From: Paramecium tetraurelia
Taxonomy: Eukaryota
Assembly: GCA_000165425.1 (NCBI GenBank)
Contig: CT868053.1
Location: 186,001-215,836, forward strand
Reading direction: 5' to 3'
Length of the DNA: 29,836 nt
The notes under the pieces are model-generated. The model was not told where the DNA came from and did no database searches. It saw nothing but the letters and a program-made list of their open reading frames with translations. Position numbers and translations under genes: made by a program. This document shows positions 1 through 11,655 of the stretch, one piece after another (the stretch's first letter is position 1; each line of letters opens with the position of its first letter).

Positions 1-14
1 TAGTAATTCGAATT

Positions 15-3000
15 ATGAGTCGAACTGAATAAGTATAGCCTACTATTAAGAGAATTCCAATACCAGAACAAAATATTCCATAACTTAAATTTCTAAAAAA
101 ACATAAATTTATGAGCCTCATTAGCGAAAATTAAAATTTTCTTTCGTAAGAAAGCCTCGATAAAACTGAAGATGCATGTATTTCAATAGATACAAAACAA
201 TAGAATGATCATAAATTTTATCCAAATCATCTTGGATAAAACGATAGTTGGATTTCAAAATTTTTTTTTCTGCATTACACTTCTTATGCTTTGCTTTTAA
301 GAAGTGAAGTGTTAAACAAAAGACTTAAAATTACAGACAAACACCTCCCAAAATTGTCTCCTGATGATGATTTATTAGAATAGGTCGAAAAAGCATAAAA
401 CAGAATTTAAAAACTGAACCTGATTAGTTTTAGAACATTAGTTAAGCTCATATTTTTTGGCGAATTGAAATGGATAACAGGAAAATGTATTGTTACCTAT
501 GTTATAGAGTCCGTTTCAAAAAATGGAATTTCTTTTATTATGAGTTTTGTCATAGGTAGTGTATCTTAAAATGATTACGAAAATGCTCATTATTATGGGA
601 TTATTTTAGTAATATTAAATTTCATTTGTTTGTTGAGCAGGCATCATGCTGCCAATTATTCATTGGTATTTTCAACCAAAGCACGTCTAAGTTTAATAAA
701 TTTAGTATATATTAAATTGATTGGGTTAAATTCCTACTCATTTAAGTAAGCAAATATAGGCAAGATCTTAAATATAATATCTGGAGACATCAACACATTA
801 GAATAAATGTTTAGTATGATATTTCCAAGTAGCGTTGTTATAATTTCAATGTTCTTCGCTTGTTTTATATTGTGGAATAGATTTGATGGCATAATTGGTT
901 TATTGGCAGTCCTATTAGTATTTCTTGCATACCCAATTTAAATCATAATATAATCATACAATTAAGAAACCCTCAAATAAGCAAAACTTCATTAGGATTA
1001 AAGATTACGAATTACCAACCAATTCATAGAAGGAATTAGATTAATAAAAATGTAAGCATGGGAATAAGCCTTTTAAAAAATGATAAGTGGTTTAAGACAA
1101 ATTGAATATTTGAGTTTACTAAAAATACTCATAAGAACTGCAATAGATAGATTATTTTCTCAAACTTCACATATTTGGACAAGTTTATTATTTTTTATAT
1201 TGTTATATTACTGTGATTTTAGAAATGGAATGAGGATGGCTGAGATGATTTCCACATTATAACTCTTAAATGTATTACGAGTTTCATGTGTATATATGGT
1301 TTCAAATGGAATATAAGCCTTTATTTAAATTAAAGTTACTTTTGAGAGAATTGCAAATGTGTTAAACCTAGAAAATTTTGTGATGAATAAAGTTGATGAT
1401 TTTAATGAAGTAAAGTAAATTGAGAAAGAACAAAGCAGAATTGAATTAATCAATTTTAGTGCATATTGGACACATTCAGTATCTGAAAATGATTAACCAA
1501 TTTTAAAAAATTTGAATTTAAATTTTTAAGAAGGAGAATTATGGGCTATCATTGGAAGAGTAGGATGTGGGAAATCAACACTTTTGCAATCTTTGTTATG
1601 TGAAATTCCAGCCTATAAAGGATTAATTTTAATTGATGGATAAGAACCATAATAAAACAAATTAAAAATTGGTTATGTGGAATAAGAACCATTTTTATTT
1701 CCAGACACAATAAGAAATAATATTTTATTTGGAAAAGCCTATAGTAAAACTTTGTATGAGAAGGTTATTTGGGTTGCATAATTGGAATCTGATTTTGAAT
1801 TAATGAAATTTAGAGATAAGACAGAAATTGGAGAAAGAGGTATCACACTTTCTGGAGGATAGAAAGCGAGAATCTCTTTAGCCAGAGCTCTATATTAAAT
1901 GCCTGATGTATACTTATTTGATGATCCTTTATCTGCTGTTGATGCAAGTGTTGCTCAAAAAATATTCACAGTTGCTATTAAGCAATTCATTTTTGATTAT
2001 CAATTAACCATTTATAAAAGCAAACCTAAACCTATAGTTATTTTAGCCACTCATTAAATTTAATATGCAATAAAATGTGATAAAATTGCTATATTAAGCC
2101 ATGGCGAGCTAATTGCTCAAGGTCCTTATGAATAAATAAAATTTCATTTGGAAATGATCAATAAAGATTTAGCTCAACAATTAGATAAAACTTAGAATGA
2201 AATCTAGAAATCAGATAATTTAGAATAATAACCTATTAAGTTGACAAAAGAAGGAGCTGATTTAAGTGATTCTAGGAATTTAACTGTTTCTGAATCAGAT
2301 ACATAATAAATCACTAATTTTTCAGTTTATATTAGATATTTTAGGAATTGGAAGTGCTTAGCTTTTATTTTGGTCTTAATTTTAGAGGTAGTCTATGAGA
2401 TCTGCAAAATCTTATATTCGAGGGTGATCACATAATTTGAATTTTATGAAAAAAATGGGTAAACTAAAATCACATTTTTAATGTTGTCTTGTTTAGTGAT
2501 TGGATTAATGGTTTGTAGTTTTATAAAATATCTTATTAATATTAAATAAGTTCAAGCCACAACCCAAAATATTCATAAACAGATGATTAATTCAATTGCA
2601 TAAGCTCCAATATCATACTTTGATGTGAATCCTTCAGGAAGAATTATAAATAGATTTTCAAATGATTTGTCTTTGTGTGATAATTCAACAAACTAAGTTT
2701 GTTTGGATATTTTGGAAATGATTGGAAATTTCTTTATAGCCTTAATAACATTGGCCATCTTGCAACCATATTTTATTTTTGTTATTTTCTTTATAATTGC
2801 TCTTAACCTTTATCAATATAATTTTTATAATCAAATTGTCAGTTAATTGAAAGAAAATGAACTAATCCAGAGAAGTCCATTATTTGATTTCATAAAAAAA
2901 ACACTAGGAGGATCTATTCAAATAAAGGTGTATAAATAATAGAATTTATTCAAGAAACAATTTTTAGATCTATCAAATGTCTATAATTTAAATGCCTTAA

Positions 3001-4112
3001 CTTATTTTTATTAGACAAGATCCTTTTGCTTTAACATAGATTTTATTGGATTTATTGCTTCCTCTATTAGTTTATTCATTTTTCTAAATTTGAATTACGA
3101 TGATGTTGCTGTTTTCTCATAAGGTGTATTATTGTTGACCACATATAACGATGGACTATCATTAGGATTAAAATAATTGATAAATTTTGCAACTTAAATG
3201 AGTTCATATAATAGAATGTTCTAAATAATAGATGTGAAATCAGAAGCACCTTAAGTAAAAGAAGAAGATAGAAAAATATCAAATTTTCCAGAATCAGGTG
3301 ATATTAAATTCCAAAATGTTTATATGAGATATAGATGTAATTCAGATTTAGTGTTAAAAGGATTAACATTTGATATAAAAAGTGGGTAGAAAATTGGTTG
3401 TGTGGGGAGAACAGGAGCTGGGAAATCTTCAATATTGTAAGTAATATTTAGAATGAATGAAATAGAAGATTACGAAGGATCCAAAATTGAAATCGCTGGA
3501 ATTAATACCAAATTATTAGGCTTATAAAAACTGAGAAGTAGCATTGGCATTATTCCATAATCTCCATTCTTATTTACTGGAAGTCTTAGATAAAATTTAG
3601 ATCCTTTCAATTTATATGATGACTAAGCCATTTGGTAAGCACTAGAAGTTGCAGGGTTAAAGGAATACACTAGATCTTTCTCGAATGGCTTATTAACAGA
3701 TATTAGTGATGTTAATTCATTATTCTCTGTTGGATAAAAATAATTAATTTGCTTAGCAAGAATTCTATTATATAAAAAGAAGATTATTGTTTTAGATGAA
3801 GCAACTGCTAATCTTGATATGAAAACAGATGATTTCATTTAAAATACACTTAAGCAATAACTAAAGGATTGTACACTTATTACTATTGCTCATAGATTGA
3901 ACACTATTGCTGATTATGATAAAGTTATGGTCATTGAAAATGGAATTGTTCTAGAATTTGATGAACCATTTAATCTCTTAGCAAAATCTCTAGATTCAAC
4001 CAACATAGATAAACCAACTCAGTTTTCTAAACTCGTATTAAATACTGGATATTCTAATTCTTAAGTTATTTTCGACATTGCCAAAAATAAATAGACTAGA
4101 ATCTAACTATGA
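15..4112 (+). CDS. ABC transporter, subfamily C (MRP/ABCC-like), full-length TMD-NBD-TMD-NBD, ~1365 aa, apparently intronless
   Basis: ATG 15, all motifs and TGA 4110-4112 lie in one table-6 frame. NBD1: Walker [10 protein letters not shown] (1554), signature LSGGQKAR (1848; Q=TAG), Walker [15 protein letters not shown]2 contains [19 protein letters not shown]2: GRTGAGKS (3405), FSVGQKQL (3723), [15 protein letters not shown]. Confidence 0.95.
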
Positions 4113-4559
4113 TTTTTATTATTTAATTTATGATTTTTTTTCTTTATAAATTAGAATGCGTTATAATCTTATATTATGATAAATTTATTTGAAAAATAAT
4201 CATATATATTTTTATAACAATTACAAATTCCACATTTCATGAATTAGTTTTCCAATTTGTTAACCATTCATAAATTTCAAAAATTAACCTCTAAGAATAT
4301 AAATCATTTCTTAATATTTATTGTGCACTAGGATGGAGATATTCATACATAAACTCATTTACTACTTTTCTAATTATAAATAGATAGCCTTGATTATATA
4401 AAATTATATATCATATGTTTATCTATGATCTTTAGAACTCCAATTAAATTTGCAAATGATTTTACCTTAAGTAGTAATTTTGAGATATTTTTTATTCTTG
4501 AATTAATATTTTGTAAAAATATTATATTATTATTCTTTTATATGAATTTTACATAATAT

Positions 4560-5237
4560 TCAATATTTTCTTTCACATTTAGTTTTACATTATCTTAATG
4601 TATCTTATAAGCAAGTATCAAACTATAATAACTGTGTAATGCTCTCTTACATTTGTCTAAAAGAAAAGAAATTCTTTCTTAATTCTTCATGTTACTATTC
4701 TAATTATTAGATTCTCTATTTCATTTGTAAATCTGATATAGTTTTACTTGATAATATTTACTTCAACTCTTAAGTCAATTAATTCATCTACGATGTATAG
4801 CTATTAATAGAGGCTTATGTCCCTTTTACATCTAATTTAAGATTTTTTTAGATTTCTTTATTTTAGTTAGAATCGTAAGTGTTTTCACTTCTCACAAAAA
4901 AATTATTCTTTCCTTATTTCTTATTTAAATTGTTTTTCAATTGGTCATATTAATCATTTTTATTATAAGCCAATAATTCATTGATTCCTCTTTTAATAAC
5001 TTCAAAATTGGATTGCAATTGATTTAGCAATACTTATGAAGTATTATCAGAGAGAGTTTTTTGTGAAGAGCAAGAAGAATTCCTTTCGTACCTTTCTTCT
5101 ACGCTCACAATCAATGGTTAATCTTCAATATTTTAATTTGGAACTTGTTATTATTCTTTAGATTTAACCTTTAATAACAATGCTATTTACTATTCCACAT
5201 GTGCTATCATTCCTAGTAAGTCATAAGTGGGATTCAT
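4560..5237 (-). CDS. Hypothetical coiled-coil protein, ~225 aa
   Basis: Table-6 ORF from ATG 5237 (MNPTYDLLGMIAHVEQQIALLLK...) to TGA 4562-4560 (...KCERKY*). Rich in TAA/TAG Gln, with heptad-like segments (QMKQRIQQLEQQHEELRKNF). No family recognised; 3' end uncertain (see findings). Confidence 0.7.
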
Positions 5238-5642
5238 TTGAAATATTGTATAAAATTACTTTGTAGAGATTTATATTTGGGTCTTAATTCTATTACTAAA
5301 TTCTATTAATTAGATTCTAGATTTTCTAGAAATAAAATATTAAATCCATGCACATAGACGAAGCAATTATATAATGACTCAATAAAAGTTTTGAATCTAT
5401 TCTAATGGCTTATTTTCTAGAACATATAAGTGGCTATCAAAATTATTATTATTATAATATTATTCTATATTTGACTAATTATGTGATACCAAATTCATTC
5501 TTGATTTCAATAAGGAATTGATGTTTATTTATAAGTTTAGATATAATTGACGATAACTATAACTATATTTTTTACAATTAAACATTAACTGCTTCATTCA
5601 TAATTTTTATTTTATATTAAGACCAATTAAAAAAGTGCAATA
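5238..5642. promoter_or_regulatory. Putative bidirectional promoter between divergent genes
   Basis: 405-bp AT-rich spacer between head-to-head ATGs (5237 on -, 5643 on +). Inferred from gene geometry only; no specific motif identified. Confidence 0.4.
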
Positions 5643-8600
5643 ATGTAGGAATCGCAACAATTACAATAAGGATAGAAAAAGCCAGAATTATACATTGGAA
5701 AGTTTTTCTGCTAATTTTAATGTAATGGCAACATGAACTGTAAAAATAAATTAAAGGTGAAGCTTAAGGTTTTTGACTAATAGAAGAAAGTAAAGTAAAT
5801 GAAGAAGAAGAAGTTATATGTAGTTAGCAGTGATATTAATCATTTTGAATCAGACAGAATAGTTTGCAAAGTAAGAAAAGGGAAGGAGGTAATTAAGAAA
5901 GTATATAATAATCATGGTAAAATTTTGCATTTATATGATGAAATATGGTTCTTTCTCTTGAATGCTGGGTATGTGAAATTAGGGGTGAGAATAACAAAAC
6001 CAAACCAGTCAATTGTTGAAGTCGCTGAAGTTTCTGTGTATTTGACATAATTGGCTATAGATGATGATTACGAAATGAAGATAGACAGATACAACAAAAA
6101 GACAGAGCAATTAACCCCTGAAGAGGAAAACCAGATGGAGTTGTTAAAATATGCAAGACTCTCTTTGTTGTTGATGTTGGATTTTATGAATGTAACAATA
6201 GAGGAAAGTTGCTTAATTAAATAAAACAAGTAATTTAAGATCTTCTTTGCTTAATATTGCCAATTCTTTTAGAAATCCAATGTCAATTTTTCAATCAAAA
6301 GTTTGCTTAAATCATTTCCTCGTCCTATCATAGAAAAGTAACAATTATTTGAGACTTACATTAACAGTAAAAGGTTTAATAACAATTTATTTGAAAAAAA
6401 GTTGATACAAGACTTAGCAGTGTATTAAACAGGCCCTTCAACTTTTTTGAATCAATTCAAGAAACCATATTCTCCAAAAATGGAAGAAATCTACCCAATC
6501 CATCATGAGCTATTTCAAAGAATTGGTTTGGAATTTTTTTAATATGTTAAAACATTTATAAAGCGTTCAAAAAGTTCAGTGGATAATAAGTTTGCAGAAT
6601 TGTATGATGATTATGTCTTAAAGACTGTTTTTTTATGCACTTTTCAGATATCTGAAATAGTTTTGAAAGATTCCATGTATGCCAATTAGCATAAGAATCT
6701 GATAAAAGTTCGTAAATAAATTACTGATACTTTGAGCAAATCTAACAGGGATCAACTCAACTTATTGAGTGATAACAATCTCAAAATTTACTAATATTCT
6801 AAAAATGCGATACTCGATTTATATTTTGTTGACTTCAAGATAAATCGAAAATCTACTCAGCAATATTAAGATATTTTAAGTCAATTCTTTTCATAGAGGT
6901 TATTTTATTAGCAAAATATTTAAACATATACAGAGTTTGAGAAACATGTATAAAAAGAAAAATTCGAGGAGATTAAGGAATAAATTAAATATCAAAAAGC
7001 AAATTATGAGTCTAATAAATAAGATATAAATGACATTTTTCTAATAAATAAACTGATCCTTAAGGAATATGACACTCCAAAATTGATGTCATCTGAGCTT
7101 AAGAAACATTAGAAGGAAGCACTGTTCTGGATGCTCTATAGGGAAGGACATATCACTGATCACTAATTACAATAGAAGTAATAATTGTCTCCATTATGGT
7201 AGGAGTATAAATTATAAGGCGGGGAATCCTTATATGTCAATATGTTTACAGGTAAGGTATCTAAAGAGCTAGTGCCACTTCAAGAGACCAAGGGAGGTAT
7301 TCTGGCCGATGAGATGGGTTTAGGGAAAACTCTAATGGCTCTGGCCTTAATTCTGGAAACCCTTAATCGTGAACATTAGACATTGATTGTAGTTCCTAAA
7401 TCAGTGATAAAACAATGGGAGAAGGAAATAGTTAAGCATTCAAAACCGGAGAGTTTAAAGGTCTTAGTTTATTACTCTAAGAAATCCAGAAAGAACAAAA
7501 CGATAGATTTTAAAAACTATGATATAATATTAACTACCTATGCTGTATTGAGCATAGACTTTTAAATTTGGAATTAAATAAATAATGTTAACATTGAATA
7601 GGATGGTAATGTAGCACAGAATGATAGTTTAGTTGAAAGGGGATAATCTTTAGAGGAGGTCAGCGACTTATCTAATACTATGGATATTTATAATAGTAGT
7701 TCAGATGATGATGATAATTACTAGAGCTAGTCCTATTACAATCCTTTCTACGAGTATTGTCAGGAGAAGAGAAAGCAGGAGAGATAATTTAAATAATAAT
7801 TGAGACAGAGAGTGAAGAAGGAAAAGTAAGAGAAATAAAAGAAGAAAAGGTAATTGAATCCGGAACAATTGGAGATAGCCAAGGAGCATAACAATTTATT
7901 TAAATAGAAATTTCATAGGGTCATTTTAGATGAAGCTCATAATATCAAAATTAGATAAACATTGTAATCGAAGAGTGCCATTGCTTTGGATGCTGATTTC
8001 AGATGGTGTTTAACTGGAACTCCGATGCAAAATAAACATGATGATCTATTTAGTTTGCTGTAATTTCTGAAAGTTGAAACATTTTCTGAATAGTAATCTA
8101 TTTTATTTAAGTTTTAGTTTTTGGTGGAATACCTACATTAACAAGGAAGAAAATGAAGATGATTAATAGAGAATATTATCTTAGATTTTGTAACCTATTA
8201 TATTGAGGAGGACTAAGAACTCTTAAAGAATGGATGGTCTCAATTAAGTGGAGGAAGAAATCTGTTGGGTTGAATTTAATGAGAAAGAAAAAATACTGTA
8301 TTAGAAACTATTAGCTGGTTCTCAAGATATCTTTAAGCATTTCACAATTGGTAAAAATAATAAAACTTACTTGCATATATTCTAAATCATCAATAAATTA
8401 AAGTTAGCATGCAACCATCCATAATTAGCACTGAAGGAAATTAATTTGGATAAAACACCTATGGAAGAAGTGATAGACAGAATTAATTCTTTCTTCAATA
8501 ACAAATAACAACATGCCAATATGACAGAAGTATATAAGAAATCATTAGTGGAAAATATAAGAAATGGAGATTTATAGGAATGTGAAATTTGTACCAATAC

Positions 8601-9349
8601 TTAAGTCGATACTTTTTGTTTGTCTTCTTGTGGCCATATCTTTTGTAGAAAGTAATCCATTCATTGAATCCCTAGGTGTTTCACATAAGCCATAAATTAA
8701 CAGCAATTGTGTCCTGTATGTAGAGCGACCTTATCGATCACAGATTTAATTGAAATCAAAGTTGAAAATGAAAATGAATTTGAAGACTTGAAAACTTTGA
8801 AGTTTGGTCTAAGTTCCAAGTTAGAAGCCATTTTGAATAAAACTAAAATTGTCTAGCAATAAAAGGAGAAAGTCTTGATCTTCACTCAATCAGTTGATAT
8901 GATACAATTGATTGATAATTTGTTTTAGGAAAACGGCATCGTTGCTTTTAGAATTACTGGATAGATGAGTGTTGAAAAGAGAGAGAAGGTGATTAAATAA
9001 TTCAAAGAATCTTAAGATGCAATTGCACTCTTACTCTCATTACGAGCTACATCCACAGGATTGAATCTCACTATGGCAAACAACGTATTTTTAGTTGACC
9101 CTTGGTGGAATGTATTTTTATAAATAAATTAGCAAGCCTGCTATCGAAGATCAAGCCATCGGAAGAGCTGACAGGATTGGATAGCAAAATCAAGTTAAAG
9201 TTGTAAGATTCTTATGTAGAAATACTATTGAATAATCGATAAATTTGTTGCATTAGAAAAAGAAGTTCTAAATTAAAAGAACCTTTAGTGGTGAAGCTAA
9301 AAAAGCATAAGAGTTGGAGGACTTCAAATTTGTATTGTTTCAGTAATGA
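5643..9349 (+). CDS. Rad5/HLTF-like SNF2-family DNA helicase with C3HC4 RING E3 ligase domain, ~1210 aa; exons 5643-8092, 8118-8651, 8676-9111, 9137-9349
   Basis: Q-motif LKKHQKEALFWM, motif [14 protein letters not shown] (7293), [10 protein letters not shown], motif II ILDEAH (7923), motif [20 protein letters not shown]...CGHIFCRKC...CPVC (8581-8721), helicase-[23 protein letters not shown]. Removing three introns (25+24+25 nt) gives 3633 nt, a multiple of 3. The N-terminus resembles a degenerate HIRAN domain (inference). Confidence 0.92.
8093..8117 (+). other. Spliceosomal intron, 25 nt
   Basis: GTAATCTATTTTATTTAAGTTTTAG; removal restores the frame (FSEYFWWN). Confidence 0.9.
8652..8675 (+). 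other. Spliceosomal intron, 24 nt (3n, contains in-frame TGA)
   Basis: GTAATCCATTCATTGAATCCCTAG; removal restores [17 protein letters not shown] at 8665-8667 is in frame if retained. Confidence 0.9.
9112..9136 (+). other. Spliceosomal intron, 25 nt, ending AAG
   Basis: GTATTTTTATAAATAAATTAGCAAG; only this acceptor restores the conserved DPWWNPAIEDQA. Confidence 0.85.
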
Positions 9350-9510
9350 TCTAAATATTGTTATTTGTGAATCACACATTAAGATTTTAATAAATTATTC
9401 AAATTAGAAGTCAATCTACAACGTATTCTAAAATTTTAAATAGATAAAACATTATAGTGATTATATATTTTTTATTTTTTTATCATTATGAATGAAAGCT
9501 AAATTTTTGA

Positions 9511-10860
9511 ATGCTTTACCAAGAATAATTAAAATACTTCTTTATGAATAAAAAGCAGATAAAATAAGACAAGCTTCTCAAAAAAAAAGTATTGTATTAA
9601 GAGTACTGGAAAACTATTTTTATCTAATCCAATAGGGTCAAGGACTAGATCAAAGATGGAGACACTAGCACAAATATTGTTGAACTTTAATCAAAAGAGA
9701 AAACCAGCCAAAATAACCAAAGATAAGAGTAAGGTTTTGAGAAAGTATTATCAGAATAGAACCACAATCTTAAATTTCTTAAAGTAAAATTTTATAATTA
9801 AAAAGAATGAAAACCCAATTCAAGAAAATAGAATATTATAATAGAAGACTTAAAGTCAGGAATAAAATAAAGCTACTCAAACGAATGGATAAATTTAACC
9901 TGCTTCAACAAGTGTGGAAACTTAGACCATCACTCAAAAAAATACTCATCTTGATGCCAAGGATTCAGGAAAAAAAACTCACTTAGTAGATGTCAAAAAA
10001 GATATAAAATCTGATATTAAACCAATCGAAGGAAATTAAGTATCATCAAGCGCTACAATTTTGACCTCTTCTTAAGAGGAGTTGCATTCTATTATTAAAA
10101 CTTAGACTAACTTTGGAATTAATAAATAATAACAAAGAACTGCTTAAAAAATTGAAAAACATTTAAACGAATGTAAATAAATCAATTCTTAACTCTTACC
10201 AGCTTAATAATAGAATATTAATCAATTTGAAGAGAAGTAAGAATTAATTTAGGAAAGTCATGTTATTCCTTAAAATTAACCTTAAATTAAATAGACCTAG
10301 AAGATTAAAAGTAATAAAATGGATAAAGAAATTGATTGTTTGCAAAAATAATAATTGGGAGGCAACTAAAAATTTGTACTTATAATTGATATCTTAGGAA
10401 AATTTAATTCATGATTAAATGTAAAGTCAACCATAGAATTCATCTGATAGAGTTTAATAATTATCTTAAACTATTGATTCAAAAGAAAATGTCTTAGGAA
10501 ATGATAATCAACCATAAAAAGTTAATTCTCAACATGATGTCTTAAATGAAAATAACATCAAGTAATAGTCTGACTAAAAAGATCAAGCTAATGAATAAAA
10601 TGAATCAGCTGAAAGCGTTACTAGAAATTAACTAAAAGCTGTTCATAAGGTTATGAGAACTTTGAATGAAAAAGTAAAGATATTATTTACAGAAGCTCCA
10701 TTAAGATGATATGAAAATTTAAGTTATATGGGATGAAGTATTAGCTTAATCGTCTGATTTGGTACCTAATTTCGAGAAATTTATCTAATGCATTCAATTC
10801 TTGCATAAACTAGAAAAGGCACATTTTGATTCATAAAAATTGACTGCTTAATTATTGTGA
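9511..10860 (+). CDS. Hypothetical Q/N/K/E-rich, probably largely disordered protein, ~428 aa; exons 9511-9783, 9806-10375, 10398-10673, 10693-10860
   Basis: Table-6 frame from ATG 9511 (MLYQEQLKYFFMNKKQ; alternative ATG 9544). It is maintained across three GT..AG mini-introns (9784-9805, 10376-10397, 10674-10692 or 10695) to TGA 10858-10860 (...LEKAHFDSQKLTAQLL*). No family recognised. Confidence 0.75.
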
Positions 10861-10949
10861 TATCAATTGTGAAACATTACAAAAATATATAATTAATTAG
10901 ATATAGTTGTAATATTTAACTGAAATTTCTTAAATTATTATATATATGA

Positions 10950-11655
10950 TATGGTAGTTATTGAGACTGAAACTGGAAAAAATACTCATTTTTTTGTTAT
11001 TCATTAAAAATAAGTTTAAATTCATCTATGAAATTATCAAGTTCTTATTCTCTTAGTTATTTTATGTAGTTGATGTTTAACTTAGTAATAAATTTTCAAT
11101 TATAAGTGTCACATTAAAATCTTCATTTTTTTTTCTTTAACCATATATAAATAAGTAATCATTACAGGGATAATATTTTAAGCATTTTAGAAGAGATCTC
11201 AAATGTATTGATTATTCTTGTAATTCTGTTCTGATTAATTTTGTGTTTGAGTTACAAACTTGTCTAAGATTAATAATATCATTAATAGAGACAAAGTATT
11301 ATGATATTTTGGTAATTCTAGTTGTTATCGATGCGATTATTTCAAAATCTCTTCTGTTTGAGTTTAAACTTCATATTTGATTTAATTAATAATGAAATTA
11401 AATTTTTCATTATATAAGTTTTTAATTTATATGTTAATAAAATGTTATTAATGAATATTGGAGTTACCATAGTAATCAAATATCTTATTCTACCAAAAAT
11501 ATTTCTTTTTAAATTTTTACGATTATAAACTATTCGATTCAAAATATGCACAGCAAGTTTGATTATTAATTCTTTTTACGAAATTAAAATCTAAGTGATT
11601 TAGGTTTATTTTTTGTCTCAAAGTAATTATTTGAACTTGTTTATTTAAGTCCCAT
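10950..11655 (-). pseudogene. Possible decayed gene on the minus strand
   Basis: ATG 11655 gives MGLKQTSSNNYFETK.... Protein-like stretches (KYEVQTQTEEILKQSHRQQLELPKY; IRTELQEQSIHL) sit in different frames, and the first shift has no valid mini-intron. Boundaries approximate; may be non-coding. Confidence 0.3.

Noticed and set aside
5286..5330. Short imperfect repeats (TTCTATTA twice, TTCTAGA twice) in the divergent spacer
   Set aside because: Too short and AT-rich to distinguish from background.
9488..9683. Upstream ATGs at 9488 and 9492 as the start of the hypothetical gene
   Set aside because: Both frames hit TGA early with no rescuing intron; the frame from ATG 9511/9544 is continuous.
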